From: an uncultured bacterium
Lineage (GTDB): Bacteria; Zixibacteria; MSB-5A5; UBA10806
Assembly (NCBI GenBank): GCA_965541585.1
Contig: CBEUCH010000006.1
Location: forward strand, 146,719-210,718
Length of the DNA: 64,000 nt
Reading direction: 5' to 3'
The notes under the pieces are model-generated. The model was given only the letters and a program-made list of their open reading frames with translations, ran no database searches and had not been told where the DNA came from. Positions 19,724 through 29,174 of the stretch are shown one piece after another (position 1 is the first letter of the stretch; each line of letters opens with the position of its first letter). Position numbers and translations under genes: made by a program.

Positions 19724-20548
19724 ATGTTACGCATTAATTTAGATCTAAGCTCAATCAAGGGATTCACCATAATTGAATTGCTGATCGCCCTGTTTCTGGC
19801 AGGCATTGTAACGTCGGCTGCCATGGGTATCTATATCACCCAGCACAAGCAATTGATCGTTCAGGATGAAATCTCCGATATGCAGGCCAGCATAAGAGCG
19901 GCGGCGGTCGAGCTAAGCACACAGATCCGCATGGCAGGATATAATGTCCCCGAGAGTATCCCCAAGCTGGAGGCTTACAACACCAACCCGGATACCATAG
20001 TGATCACCTATGACGCCGGTAACCTGGAGGGTGTGCAAATCGAGCACGACATGCCGCAACCTTCCGCAGAGCTTCGATGCGACGGCCATGATTTATCAGG
20101 GATAAATGATGGTGATTGGGTTTATATATATGATCCCACCACAAACTACGGGGAATTTTTCGAGATCACCGAGGTTCAATACGGTTCCAGCCATATCCAA
20201 CATCGCACCATGCGTCTTGACAGGCGCTATCCCGCCGGTAGCTGGGTTATCAAACTGAATCATTTTAAATTCTATATTGATAATTCGGACACGGAGCATC
20301 CCAACCTCATGGTGTGGGCGCCGGGGATGGGAGCGCAGATATATGCCGAGAACATAACCGGCTTCAATATTCAGTATGTATTATCCACGGGAGCCGTGGT
20401 GGATATTCCTCCAATCCCGGATATGGTCCGCGAGGTAATCATCGATCTCGACGCCCGTACGGATAAGGCGGACGATGAATTTGAGACTCCCTACAGAACC
20501 AGAAGCCTGACAACCAGGGTTATGGTGAGAAATCTTGGAGTCGGTTGA
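19724..20548 (+). CDS. PilW-like type IV minor pilin (copy 1)
   Basis: KG^FTIIELLIAL, IRMAGY, C-terminal VRNL. Confidence 0.88.
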   Translation: MLRINLDLSSIKGFTIIELLIALFLAGIVTSAAMGIYITQHKQLIVQDEISDMQASIRAAAVELSTQIRMAGYNVPESIPKLEAYNTNPDTIVITYDAGNLEGVQIEHDMPQPSAELRCDGHDLSGINDGDWVYIYDPTTNYGEFFEITEVQYGSSHIQHRTMRLDRRYPAGSWVIKLNHFKFYIDNSDTEHPNLMVWAPGMGAQIYAENITGFNIQYVLSTGAVVDIPPIPDMVREVIIDLDARTDKADDEFETPYRTRSLTTRVMVRNLGVG

Positions 20549-20644
20549 GGAATTAGAATGTCGTCAATTCAAGTGATAGAAAAGTATATGAGCATTTTTC
20601 GATTCGTTGGCTTACCGTCTTTCCTAAAAGGGGGGGAATAAATT

Positions 20645-21856
20645 ATGAAAATATCCAGAAGATTAACAGGTAATTCGGAATCGGGCATCGTCCTGATTGT
20701 CTGTCTGGCGTTGCTTCTGATGCTGTCATTGATAGGGGTGGCATCGATAATGACCTCCAGTACCGAAATGGATATCTCGGGCAATGCACAGCAACAGACC
20801 GCCGCCTTCTATCTGGCCGATGCGGGCGCAGAGAGGGCTGTGGCAATTCTCCAGGACAGCAGTGACTGGCGCTACGGATTCTATAACCAGCCTCTGGGAA
20901 ATGGCGTGTATAACGTCATGGTTTTCGATAGCCTGTCGCTTCCCTACCTGGGCAGAAACCTGCTGGTGAGATCAACGGGTACGGTGGAAGGCGCCGAGAG
21001 CACCATAGAGGTACTAATCGGGCCGGATTATAAATCGAAGTTTAACTATGGCGCCTATGGAAGAGATGATTTTAAGATGATGGGCGGCGGCTTGATCGAT
21101 TCCTGGGACAGTGGTCTCGGCACCTACGCTTCCCAGGCGATAAATGGACCCGATGGTGGCGGAAATATGTATGCTAATGGAAACGCCCGAATCGGCTGCA
21201 ACGGAATTATAAAATTCGCCGGCAGTGCCCAGGTGCACGGCGATGCCGAGGTCGGGCCCACCGGCATATTTGATCTTGGCGGGGGTTTATACGGTGATAC
21301 CACAAGACTGGCTACGCCCATTGTCTTAGACAGCATTCCGGCAAGCGAAATGGCGGATGCGCAGGCAGCTAATGATGCCTCCACGAACATGAGGACAACC
21401 GGCGGCGCCGTCTACGACCCGGTCACGCACGCGCTGACGTCGTCCAACGCGGACGACAGCATGATCTTCAGTTCGGGAACCTACTACTTCTCCTCCGTCG
21501 ATCTCAAGGGAACAATGGTGATTGAGCCGGGAGCCCAGGTGTTCATCTATACGGACGGTATATGGGATGGAAGCAGCGGTTCTATGGTAAATCTCGACGG
21601 AGTTCCTTCCAATCTGCATATCTACTCCACGGCGAGTGTTTTCAATATCACCGGTGGCAGCGCCGTATGCGCCGCAGTGTATGCTCCTGAGGCACTCATC
21701 ACAATCACCGGCGGCAGTGAGTTTTACGGTTCCCTGCTGGGCAGGGAATACGATAACGGCGGCGGCACCAATCTCCATTTCGATGAGGCCTTACTGCGCC
21801 TTGTCGATGAAGACTTTATCGTGGGGTTTAAAATAATCGGCTGGAATGAGTTGTAG
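20645..21856 (+). CDS. PilX N-terminal domain pilus assembly protein (copy 1) with beta-rich C-terminus
   Basis: ESG^IVLIVCL (no Glu5), AFYLADAG; C-terminal VYAP...LHFDEAL. Confidence 0.85.
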   Translation: MKISRRLTGNSESGIVLIVCLALLLMLSLIGVASIMTSSTEMDISGNAQQQTAAFYLADAGAERAVAILQDSSDWRYGFYNQPLGNGVYNVMVFDSLSLPYLGRNLLVRSTGTVEGAESTIEVLIGPDYKSKFNYGAYGRDDFKMMGGGLIDSWDSGLGTYASQAINGPDGGGNMYANGNARIGCNGIIKFAGSAQVHGDAEVGPTGIFDLGGGLYGDTTRLATPIVLDSIPASEMADAQAANDASTNMRTTGGAVYDPVTHALTSSNADDSMIFSSGTYYFSSVDLKGTMVIEPGAQVFIYTDGIWDGSSGSMVNLDGVPSNLHIYSTASVFNITGGSAVCAAVYAPEALITITGGSEFYGSLLGREYDNGGGTNLHFDEALLRLVDEDFIVGFKIIGWNEL

Positions 21857-21916
21857 TCGGTCATCCAGCGTTTGAAACGGATGATGTGAAAAAGATTTAG
21901 CGTATTGCATTAGCGA

Positions 21917-21960
21917 CCCGGGGAAGCCGGCCTGATGAGGCGATTTCCCCGGGCTTTTTT
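21917..21960 (+). terminator. Rho-independent terminator after the first pilX-like gene
   Basis: CCCGGGGAA...TTCCCCGGG stem followed by T6. Confidence 0.75.
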
Positions 21961-22186
21961 ATTAACCACCAGACATCGTAATTGTCCATAATTCGAAAGG
22001 TTGATTCCGGCTGCTGGGGTAGTTTCATAATGTAACATTGATTATATGGCAATGATATTTAATCTTACCGCCATGATCGTTTTTTGGCGAAGCTTCCGAC
22101 TATGTTTAATGAAGCGATATTTATAGAGCGATGACAGCCAGGATTCTCCGGCGACTGGCGCCATCCATAAGCTGAGGAGACGAAAG

Positions 22187-23005
22187 ATGATTTATGCAAA
22201 TAATCAGCGCGGCTTCACTCTGGTAGAGCTGTTGGTCGGGCTTCTTGCAGCGGCCGCCATTACTTATGCGGCGATGTCTTTATACATCACCGAACATAAT
22301 CAGCTCCTGGCCCAGGAGGAGATATCCGATATGCAGGCCAATATCCGCTCGGCGACGGAGATGCTGGCCTCGGCCATACGCAAGGGAGGATTCAATCTTC
22401 CGGAGACTCTTACCCCCATTGAAACAGACGACACCGGTCCGGATACGATAACCGTTACTTTCGATTCGGGGGCGCTGGTCGCCATTAAGTCAAGATATGA
22501 TATGGTCTCCCTGACTGATGAGCTTCGATGCAATAACGGCGACGATATCAGCAAATTGTATGAAGGCGACTGGGCATATATCTACGATGCCGACGCTAAC
22601 GTCGGCGAGTTCTTCGAGGTCACCCGCGTTCTGGCAGGGCCGCCCCGCATTCAGCATATCACCATGGCATTATCGCGAAACTATCTCGCGGGCAGCGATC
22701 TTCTGAAAATCAGCCGGATCAAGTTCTTTATCAGCCCGAATGATGATTCAACCAGTTCGAATCTGATGATCCAGACATACGGCTCGCAGCCCGAGATTTT
22801 CGCGGAAAACATAATCGATCTTAACTTCAGATATTTCCTGGAAAGTGGCGCCATCGTCACTCAGACAAATACGCCGAGTCTAATCAGGATGGTGGAGATA
22901 GATGTCGTCGGAAGGACCGCGTCTGCGGATACTGAATTCTTCCAGGAACATCGCACCAGGAATTTCACTCTACGGGTTAAGGTGAGAAATCTGGGAGTCG
23001 GTTGA
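22187..23005 (+). CDS. PilW-like type IV minor pilin (copy 2)
   Basis: RG^FTLVELLV; paralogous to 19724..20548 along its whole length; identical VRNLGVG end; GAGGAG RBS. Confidence 0.88.
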   Translation: MIYANNQRGFTLVELLVGLLAAAAITYAAMSLYITEHNQLLAQEEISDMQANIRSATEMLASAIRKGGFNLPETLTPIETDDTGPDTITVTFDSGALVAIKSRYDMVSLTDELRCNNGDDISKLYEGDWAYIYDADANVGEFFEVTRVLAGPPRIQHITMALSRNYLAGSDLLKISRIKFFISPNDDSTSSNLMIQTYGSQPEIFAENIIDLNFRYFLESGAIVTQTNTPSLIRMVEIDVVGRTASADTEFFQEHRTRNFTLRVKVRNLGVG

Positions 23006-23217
23006 TCGCAACCAGGGTCCTTTCAAAGATAAGCTGATCCCCTATAATTGAAAACAATACCAATAGCATAGATCGATTTTCGGCCTCTTTTGATCGGTAT
23101 GGGATTATTCCCACACTACAGTGTTTGCAGACTATATTTCTCAACATCATGCGGGCGACAGCCTTTGACCACAGTCGTAACTCATTGTTGCCGACCATGT
23201 TATTGTTTCAGGGAAGT

Positions 23218-23233
23218 TGGCATCCCCTTTGCA
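23218..23233 (+). promoter_or_regulatory. Putative sigma-54 promoter of the second pilX-like gene
   Basis: TGGCATCCCCTTTGCA, near-consensus TGGCAC-N5-TTGCA, about 50 nt upstream of the ATG. Confidence 0.6.
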
Positions 23234-23281
23234 AGTATTTGTTGTTGAATAGAAAGCTATTTCAAGAAAGCGGGGTTTGAA

Positions 23282-24967
23282 ATGAAAAGCAGTATTACTT
23301 GCATGACCGGCTCCAAAGGCCAGAGGGGAATGGTTCTCATCGTCTGCCTGATAGTCTTGCTCATGCTTTCGCTAATCGGGATCGCGTCGATTACCACCTC
23401 CAATACCGATATGACCATAGCCGGCAATGAGATGAATCAAACGGGCTCGTTCTATGCCGCAGAATCCGGCCTTGAACTGGCTGCCTCTGCTATCATAACC
23501 AGCTACCTGACCACGGGAAATCCGCCGAGCCCGCTTCCGAGCGGAGAAGAGACGGTGGGATCGTTCCAGTATAGCTACAATGTTACCGACCAAGGCCCGC
23601 CTGTCAACGCCACCCTGAACGATGGTGCCTATAAGAACCTTTACGGGCTTGTAAAAACATTCGATATTGGGTCTGCCGGCTTCGATAACGGGCAGGAATC
23701 CGCAATAATGCTAAATATGTCTCTGCAGGACGCCCTCATACCGATTTATCAGTTTGCAGTCTTTTATGAGAACGATCTCGAGATGGGTCCCGGACCTGAT
23801 ATGATACTGGACGGACGAATACATTCTAACGGCGACATATATCTGCAATCTGGTAATAATCTCCATATCGGTTCGTATCTGACAACGACGGGAAATGTCA
23901 TTCACGGTAGCAAACCGGGTAGCGGGCAGGGTACATCCTCGGGGAACGTTTTCATCAGGGATAACGACGGCGATTACCAGAATATGAGGAATTCCGACGG
24001 CACGTTTCTGGATTCAAGCGATCCCGATTGGGTCAATAGCTCCCTTTCGCGCTGGGGTGGAAGTGTGGAGGATAGAAACCATGGCATTACCGATTTATCA
24101 ATGCCCGTAGTCAGCGACGGTCCGACCACCGATCTGATCGACAGGGGCGCCGGCAATTCCGACAGCTATGAACACCAGGCCGGGTTGAAGATTGTCGATG
24201 GTCGCGCGCTGTATCGTCAGGGGGATGGAACGTGGCTGGATGTGACATCGGGTTTCATATCATCGGGAGTCATTTCCGACGGCGATTTCCACGATGGTCG
24301 CGAGGGCATGGACGTTCACTCCCTCGATATCGATATCGGCGCCCTGGCCGGTTCCGGATATTACCCCACCAACGGGATTATATATACATCACAGCTGCGC
24401 GGCTACGGTTACGTGACGGCGGTGAGGTTGACAAACGGTTCGGCTTTGCCCTCGGGTTTAACTGTGGCTACCGATAATCCGATGTATACCCTCGGAGATT
24501 TCAATACGGTCAGCAAGAAGCCGGCTTCCCTAATGGCTGATGCTATTACTATCCTGTCAAATAACTGGGATGATGGCAGTAGCGGGCAGGGTCTGGGAAA
24601 CAGAACCGCAACGAATACGCAGGTTAACGCCTGCTATATGACCGGTAACACCGAGACAGGTTCGGAGGGAAACGGTTATAATGGCGGTCTCGAGAACCTG
24701 CCGAGATTTCTTGAGAACTGGAGCGACGCAACATTCAAATGGAGGGGATCGGCTGCCAGCCTATGGTATTCGAGGCAGGCCACCGGTGCCTGGTCCCAGG
24801 GATCCTACTACAGGGCCCCGTATCTCGACTGGGCATTCGATCCTGATTTGCTCGATCCCTCGAAGCTGCCACCGGGTGCCCCAATGGTTAACATCGTGCT
24901 GAGAACGAGCTGGAGGCAGACGGTCATTCATGATTATCAGGGTCAAGATCTATTGAGTGAATACTAG
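23282..24967 (+). CDS. PilX N-terminal domain protein (copy 2) with a different, larger C-terminal domain
   Basis: QRG^MVLIVCL, SFYAAESG; C-terminus with GRIHSNGDIY and NLPRFLENW. Confidence 0.85.
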   Translation: MKSSITCMTGSKGQRGMVLIVCLIVLLMLSLIGIASITTSNTDMTIAGNEMNQTGSFYAAESGLELAASAIITSYLTTGNPPSPLPSGEETVGSFQYSYNVTDQGPPVNATLNDGAYKNLYGLVKTFDIGSAGFDNGQESAIMLNMSLQDALIPIYQFAVFYENDLEMGPGPDMILDGRIHSNGDIYLQSGNNLHIGSYLTTTGNVIHGSKPGSGQGTSSGNVFIRDNDGDYQNMRNSDGTFLDSSDPDWVNSSLSRWGGSVEDRNHGITDLSMPVVSDGPTTDLIDRGAGNSDSYEHQAGLKIVDGRALYRQGDGTWLDVTSGFISSGVISDGDFHDGREGMDVHSLDIDIGALAGSGYYPTNGIIYTSQLRGYGYVTAVRLTNGSALPSGLTVATDNPMYTLGDFNTVSKKPASLMADAITILSNNWDDGSSGQGLGNRTATNTQVNACYMTGNTETGSEGNGYNGGLENLPRFLENWSDATFKWRGSAASLWYSRQATGAWSQGSYYRAPYLDWAFDPDLLDPSKLPPGAPMVNIVLRTSWRQTVIHDYQGQDLLSEY

Positions 24968-24993
24968 GTTCAGCAGAAAATAAGAGATAGCCG

Positions 24994-25027
24994 GCGGGCG
25001 GCCGATTCGGGCCGCCCGTTTTTTTTT
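24994..25027 (+). terminator. Rho-independent terminator
   Basis: GCGGGCGGCC-GATTCG-GGCCGCCCGT hairpin plus T-run. Confidence 0.85.
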
Positions 25028-25105
25028 GAAACCGGCCTCACCGCGCAAAAGGGCTTCACTTTTATAAAGTTCGATACTACATTTGATCCGGCGTAAGGAG
25101 AATAT

Positions 25106-25264
25106 ATGCTGGTCGGGATTTTTCTAATCTGCCTGGGGGCCTTATTTATACTGAGCAACCTCGGATTGCTTTATGGCGGCGTGGGCAGGTACATATTACC
25201 GATATTGCTGATCGCCATGGGTGCGTCCATTGTATTCAAGAAGATGCGTGGCACTAATTCGTAG
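25106..25264 (+). CDS. Small two-helix membrane protein (52 aa, DUF5668/LiaF-TM-like); not in ORF track
   Basis: AAGGAG RBS; MLVGIFLICLGALFILSNLGLLYGGVGRYILPILLIAMGASIVFKKMRGTNS. Confidence 0.75.
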   Translation: MLVGIFLICLGALFILSNLGLLYGGVGRYILPILLIAMGASIVFKKMRGTNS

Positions 25265-25402
25265 AATTGAAAATCCACGGGCACCGTTGAAGTGATTTCC
25301 TCATTGAAAATCCGGTCGTTTCCGGGTTTTCCCGCAATTCCCGTTCTTCAGAAAATGAAACCGTCTGCGGGCCATCTTTTGTTTACCAATCGAGGATAGC
25401 TG

Positions 25403-26224
25403 ATGATGTTGACTTCGAGGGGGGATGAGGTTACAATAGATAAGATGAGCAGGATTATTATATCCAGCAGGAACCGGATAATTCTTGCGGCATTGGCTTT
25501 GCCTTTACTGATCCTCTCCTGCGATACCAGAGGCTCGGTGGTTTCACGGTCCAGAGAGACGGCGTCCTTCTCCGTTGATATGACTGTGGTAAAGGGTCAT
25601 TCCGGAGGAACAAACATTGTAGAGATAAATTTTGATCGCGATGGGGTCCCCTTTTCGGATGCGTCAATAACTCTGGAAGGCCGGGCCATCCCCTCAATAG
25701 GTGGCGGCCTCTATTTTATCGATAGCCCGATTTTCCTTATCTCTTCTGGTTTGAACCAGATTACTTTTGCAAGCGCGGATGATGATTACTCGAAGAGCGT
25801 ACCTATTTTGATGCCCGACAGCTTTGCAGTGACGACCGTCAGTCCGAGGTACAACTCTAATGCGGACGCCGTTACCGTCAGGTGGTCGGCATCCGGGGGC
25901 GCTACGGGTTACATACTTGCGGTCGCTACAGATAATTATTTTGAGGACGACACAATCCCTCTGAGAAGAATTCTGCCGGGCAGCAATACGACTTTCGTGA
26001 TCCCCGATACGACCTTCGAGGACTTCTATGGCGACATCATCTACGGCGTATATTACATCTATCTGATCGCATTCAATGAAGGTTTCGGCCCATACAGCGG
26101 TATCCGGTTCCCGGTGCCGGAGGGGCTACCCCGACGTGCAATCTCCGATCCGTCCGGTTTTCTGCAATATGGCACGGCGGCGCCTCTGGATTCAATCATG
26201 GTCCGTCAGTTTACGCTTCGTTGA
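25403..26224 (+). CDS. Hypothetical lipoprotein (beta-sandwich/FN3-like)
   Basis: Lipobox LILSC; VTVRWSASGGATGYILAV; start probably 25445. Confidence 0.7.
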   Translation: MMLTSRGDEVTIDKMSRIIISSRNRIILAALALPLLILSCDTRGSVVSRSRETASFSVDMTVVKGHSGGTNIVEINFDRDGVPFSDASITLEGRAIPSIGGGLYFIDSPIFLISSGLNQITFASADDDYSKSVPILMPDSFAVTTVSPRYNSNADAVTVRWSASGGATGYILAVATDNYFEDDTIPLRRILPGSNTTFVIPDTTFEDFYGDIIYGVYYIYLIAFNEGFGPYSGIRFPVPEGLPRRAISDPSGFLQYGTAAPLDSIMVRQFTLR

Positions 26225-27216
26225 AAAGGAAAAGGAAGCTGAAAAAGAATCTAGCGATTCGTAAAGAAAAGCAGCAATCGGCGCCCAGGGGCCGTGCTGT
26301 CTTCGACGAGTTGTCTGGTCTTGTAACGGAAGAAACCAATCCCGCTGCTGAAAATCTCCATCGCCTCTCAACCACCGGCCTGCTACGTTTGATAAACCGT
26401 GAGGACGCTATAGTAGCAGATGCGGTCGCCCGCGAAATACGGTATATCGCGAGCGCTGTTGAGATGGCCCTCAGAACCTTCAGGAGTAAGGGGCGCTTGT
26501 TTTATATGGGCGCCGGAACCTCCGGGCGTCTGGGAGTGCTGGATGCCGCCGAATGCCCGCCGACGTTCGGCACGGACCCCGAAATGATCCAGGGAATTAT
26601 AGCCGGAGGTCATCGATCGTTGATTCGTTCCAGGGAGGGTGCAGAGGACAATATAGCAGCGGCGATGGCGGATATCAAAGAGCGTAAGGTGAGAACCGGA
26701 GATCTTGTTATAGGTATTACCGCTTCCAGCAGAACACCCTATGTCCTGGAGGGTTTAAGGGAGGCGAAAAGAAGGGGAGCCAGGACGATTTTTGTCTGCT
26801 GCAACCCCAGAAAGGATGTTCCCCGAGGATTTGATCTGGCGATATGCCCGGTCGTGGGGCCCGAGATCATTGCCGGATCATCGAGAATGAAGGCCGGAAC
26901 CGCCCAGAAGATGGTGCTCAACATGATCACGACCGCTGCCATGATCAAGACGGGTCGTGTGTTCCGCAATCGAATGGTCGATCTGCAGGCAGCTTCAGAG
27001 AAACTGAAAGAGCGCTCCAAAAGGGTAATCATGGAGGTTTGCGGCGTTGATTACGAAGGAGCGGAAAAGCTTATTGAGCGATCTGGAGGATCGGTCAAAA
27101 CCGCCATCGTCATGTTTGAAGCGGATCTGGGCAAAAAAGCGGCCGAGGTGCGACTTAGGGCTGCGGAAGGCTTTGTCCATAAGGCGATTAGACCAGCGGG
27201 ACGATATCGAAAATAG
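26221..27216 (+). CDS. murQ: N-acetylmuramic acid 6-phosphate etherase
   Basis: GAGTSGRLGVLDAAECPPTFG, EGAED, GSSRMKAGTAQKMVLNM. Confidence 0.96.
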   Translation: MKRKRKLKKNLAIRKEKQQSAPRGRAVFDELSGLVTEETNPAAENLHRLSTTGLLRLINREDAIVADAVAREIRYIASAVEMALRTFRSKGRLFYMGAGTSGRLGVLDAAECPPTFGTDPEMIQGIIAGGHRSLIRSREGAEDNIAAAMADIKERKVRTGDLVIGITASSRTPYVLEGLREAKRRGARTIFVCCNPRKDVPRGFDLAICPVVGPEIIAGSSRMKAGTAQKMVLNMITTAAMIKTGRVFRNRMVDLQAASEKLKERSKRVIMEVCGVDYEGAEKLIERSGGSVKTAIVMFEADLGKKAAEVRLRAAEGFVHKAIRPAGRYRK

Positions 27217-27356
27217 GCCTTGCTCAGGAACCATCCACGACTTTAGAGGAATACGCGGGATCGCCTCAGTTGCAATTTGAAAAGACAGCCTGTATTCTTT
27301 TCTAATCAACATTTTTTGGCAGCCGAAATCAACATTAGAGACCAGTATAACATAAA

Positions 27357-29174
27357 TTGCAGGAGGCCATCGACAGGCATTTGCTGTCGCCTATGGAAAA
27401 GTATATCGAAATAACGGATAACGATTTGGCAGAGATCTCCGAGCCCGCGATAAGGCGTGTGGCCGACGTTTTCAACATGTTTATAAAAACCGTCAAGGCC
27501 AAGCTTGTTTATCCGGCATCATCCAAACTACCTCAACAGTTCAAAGACGAGTTTTTTGCCGCGCTCACCTTGTTGCTTGAGGAGTTCGAAGAGATCGCGT
27601 TCAAGATTGACGCCGACTCCATCCTCTATCATGGTCACGACGTATACAAAGCCAAAGGCAAGGCGGATAACTTCGCCCATCCTTTTTTTCGTGATGGAGT
27701 CGTTGAATTTAGATTTAAGAATGGTATTACACTTGAAGAGCTTGAAGAATTCGTGAATATAACCTCCCGAATTATGAGATCAGTTCTGGTGGATGATGAT
27801 CTGGCAACCCTTCTCTGGGAGGCGGGATTCGAGCATATCTCCTATGAGCTGATGGACGATTTTTTGGATCTTGAGACATTCGAATACGGAACGGATGATA
27901 TAAAGACCGGCAAATCGCCGTCCAGTGACGATATGAGAAAGCTCTACGAAAAAGAGATAGACATCAGCTTCACAAATGAAGATTTCGATCTCGACTCGGA
28001 GAAGAACAGATCGAAAGAAACTGCCGGGGGCTATCGCAATGTAGAAAATCAGGTCGCTGAATTCATAAATAATATCGCCGAGTATGATGAAGCTGATAAG
28101 GCGGCCATCGCCGGAGTTTTGTCGGCCGAGGCATCTTTTGATTTCATTAAATACGCCGTAGACATATCCTTCGAGATCCTGGGTTTTGAGACGGACAATG
28201 CTGGCTATAATGAATCACTTGATCTGATTGCCAAGGTTGGCGGCGATTTTATCAGGGCCGGTGATTTCAGGTCGGCTATGACGCTACTGGAGAGGACCCG
28301 GGAACTGGAGCAGGTTTTAAAGAATCTTGGTGATCCCAAGCAGGAAAAAATCCGCGAATTCATAGAACGCTTTGCGGCATCCGAGAGAATCAGGGATATA
28401 ATGGAGATCTTGAATAAATCAAATGATATCGTATTTGCGGAAGTCACTAACTATCTAAAGATGCTTTCCTGGAAGGCCATCGATCCCCTGGTCTGGGCGC
28501 TGGGCGAATTGAATCATTATCCTGCGAGGCGAGCCGTTTGCCAGGCGCTCGAGATACTGGCGGTGGATCATGTTGATTTTCTGGGCAAAGGAACCGAGAG
28601 TCCAAGATGGTATGTCGTTCGCAACATCGTTTCTATACTTGGGAAGACAGGTGACCCCAAGGTTCTGGACTATTTTAGAAGAACAATCGGGCATCCCGAT
28701 CTAAGGGTCCGTAAAGAAACAGTAATCTCAGTCGCCAAGATCAATGTACCGGAAGCAGCTGATTTCCTTATAACGGCTCTGAATGACGAAGATGAGAAAA
28801 TTCAAACACTGGCTCTCAAGGAGCTTGTAGGCAAGAGAATAGATAAAACCTTCGATACTATTCATAAAATCATCAGGCATAAAAGCTTCAAGAATCGTTC
28901 AGCTGAACAGATAAAGGAATTCCTCGAGGGATTTGCCGTTCTTGGTGGCCCTAACGCATTTGAGCCATTAAAGAGGATCATAAAGCGCAAGACATTTATA
29001 ATCACTGAAAGGGATAAGCGCCTGAAAAACTATGCTGTTCGCGCCCTCGGTTTTGTCGGCAGTATGGAAGCGACGCGGCTGCTGGATAAAATCTCTCAAT
29101 CCAGAAACCGGGCGCTGGCGGATACAGCCAGAAGGACCATCAACAGGCAGCCGAAGGGAGATAACCTTGTTTAA
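27357..29174 (+). CDS. HEAT-repeat domain protein
   Basis: C-terminal HEAT/PBS repeats (RWYVVRNIVSILG, HPDLRVRKE); start 27357 or 27393. Confidence 0.8.
   Translation: MQEAIDRHLLSPMEKYIEITDNDLAEISEPAIRRVADVFNMFIKTVKAKLVYPASSKLPQQFKDEFFAALTLLLEEFEEIAFKIDADSILYHGHDVYKAKGKADNFAHPFFRDGVVEFRFKNGITLEELEEFVNITSRIMRSVLVDDDLATLLWEAGFEHISYELMDDFLDLETFEYGTDDIKTGKSPSSDDMRKLYEKEIDISFTNEDFDLDSEKNRSKETAGGYRNVENQVAEFINNIAEYDEADKAAIAGVLSAEASFDFIKYAVDISFEILGFETDNAGYNESLDLIAKVGGDFIRAGDFRSAMTLLERTRELEQVLKNLGDPKQEKIREFIERFAASERIRDIMEILNKSNDIVFAEVTNYLKMLSWKAIDPLVWALGELNHYPARRAVCQALEILAVDHVDFLGKGTESPRWYVVRNIVSILGKTGDPKVLDYFRRTIGHPDLRVRKETVISVAKINVPEAADFLITALNDEDEKIQTLALKELVGKRIDKTFDTIHKIIRHKSFKNRSAEQIKEFLEGFAVLGGPNAFEPLKRIIKRKTFIITERDKRLKNYAVRALGFVGSMEATRLLDKISQSRNRALADTARRTINRQPKGDNLV

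Noticed and set aside
21870..21960. CTGATGAG as a hammerhead ribozyme core
   Set aside because: No correctly placed GAAA or supporting stems found; the sequence is explained as part of a terminator hairpin
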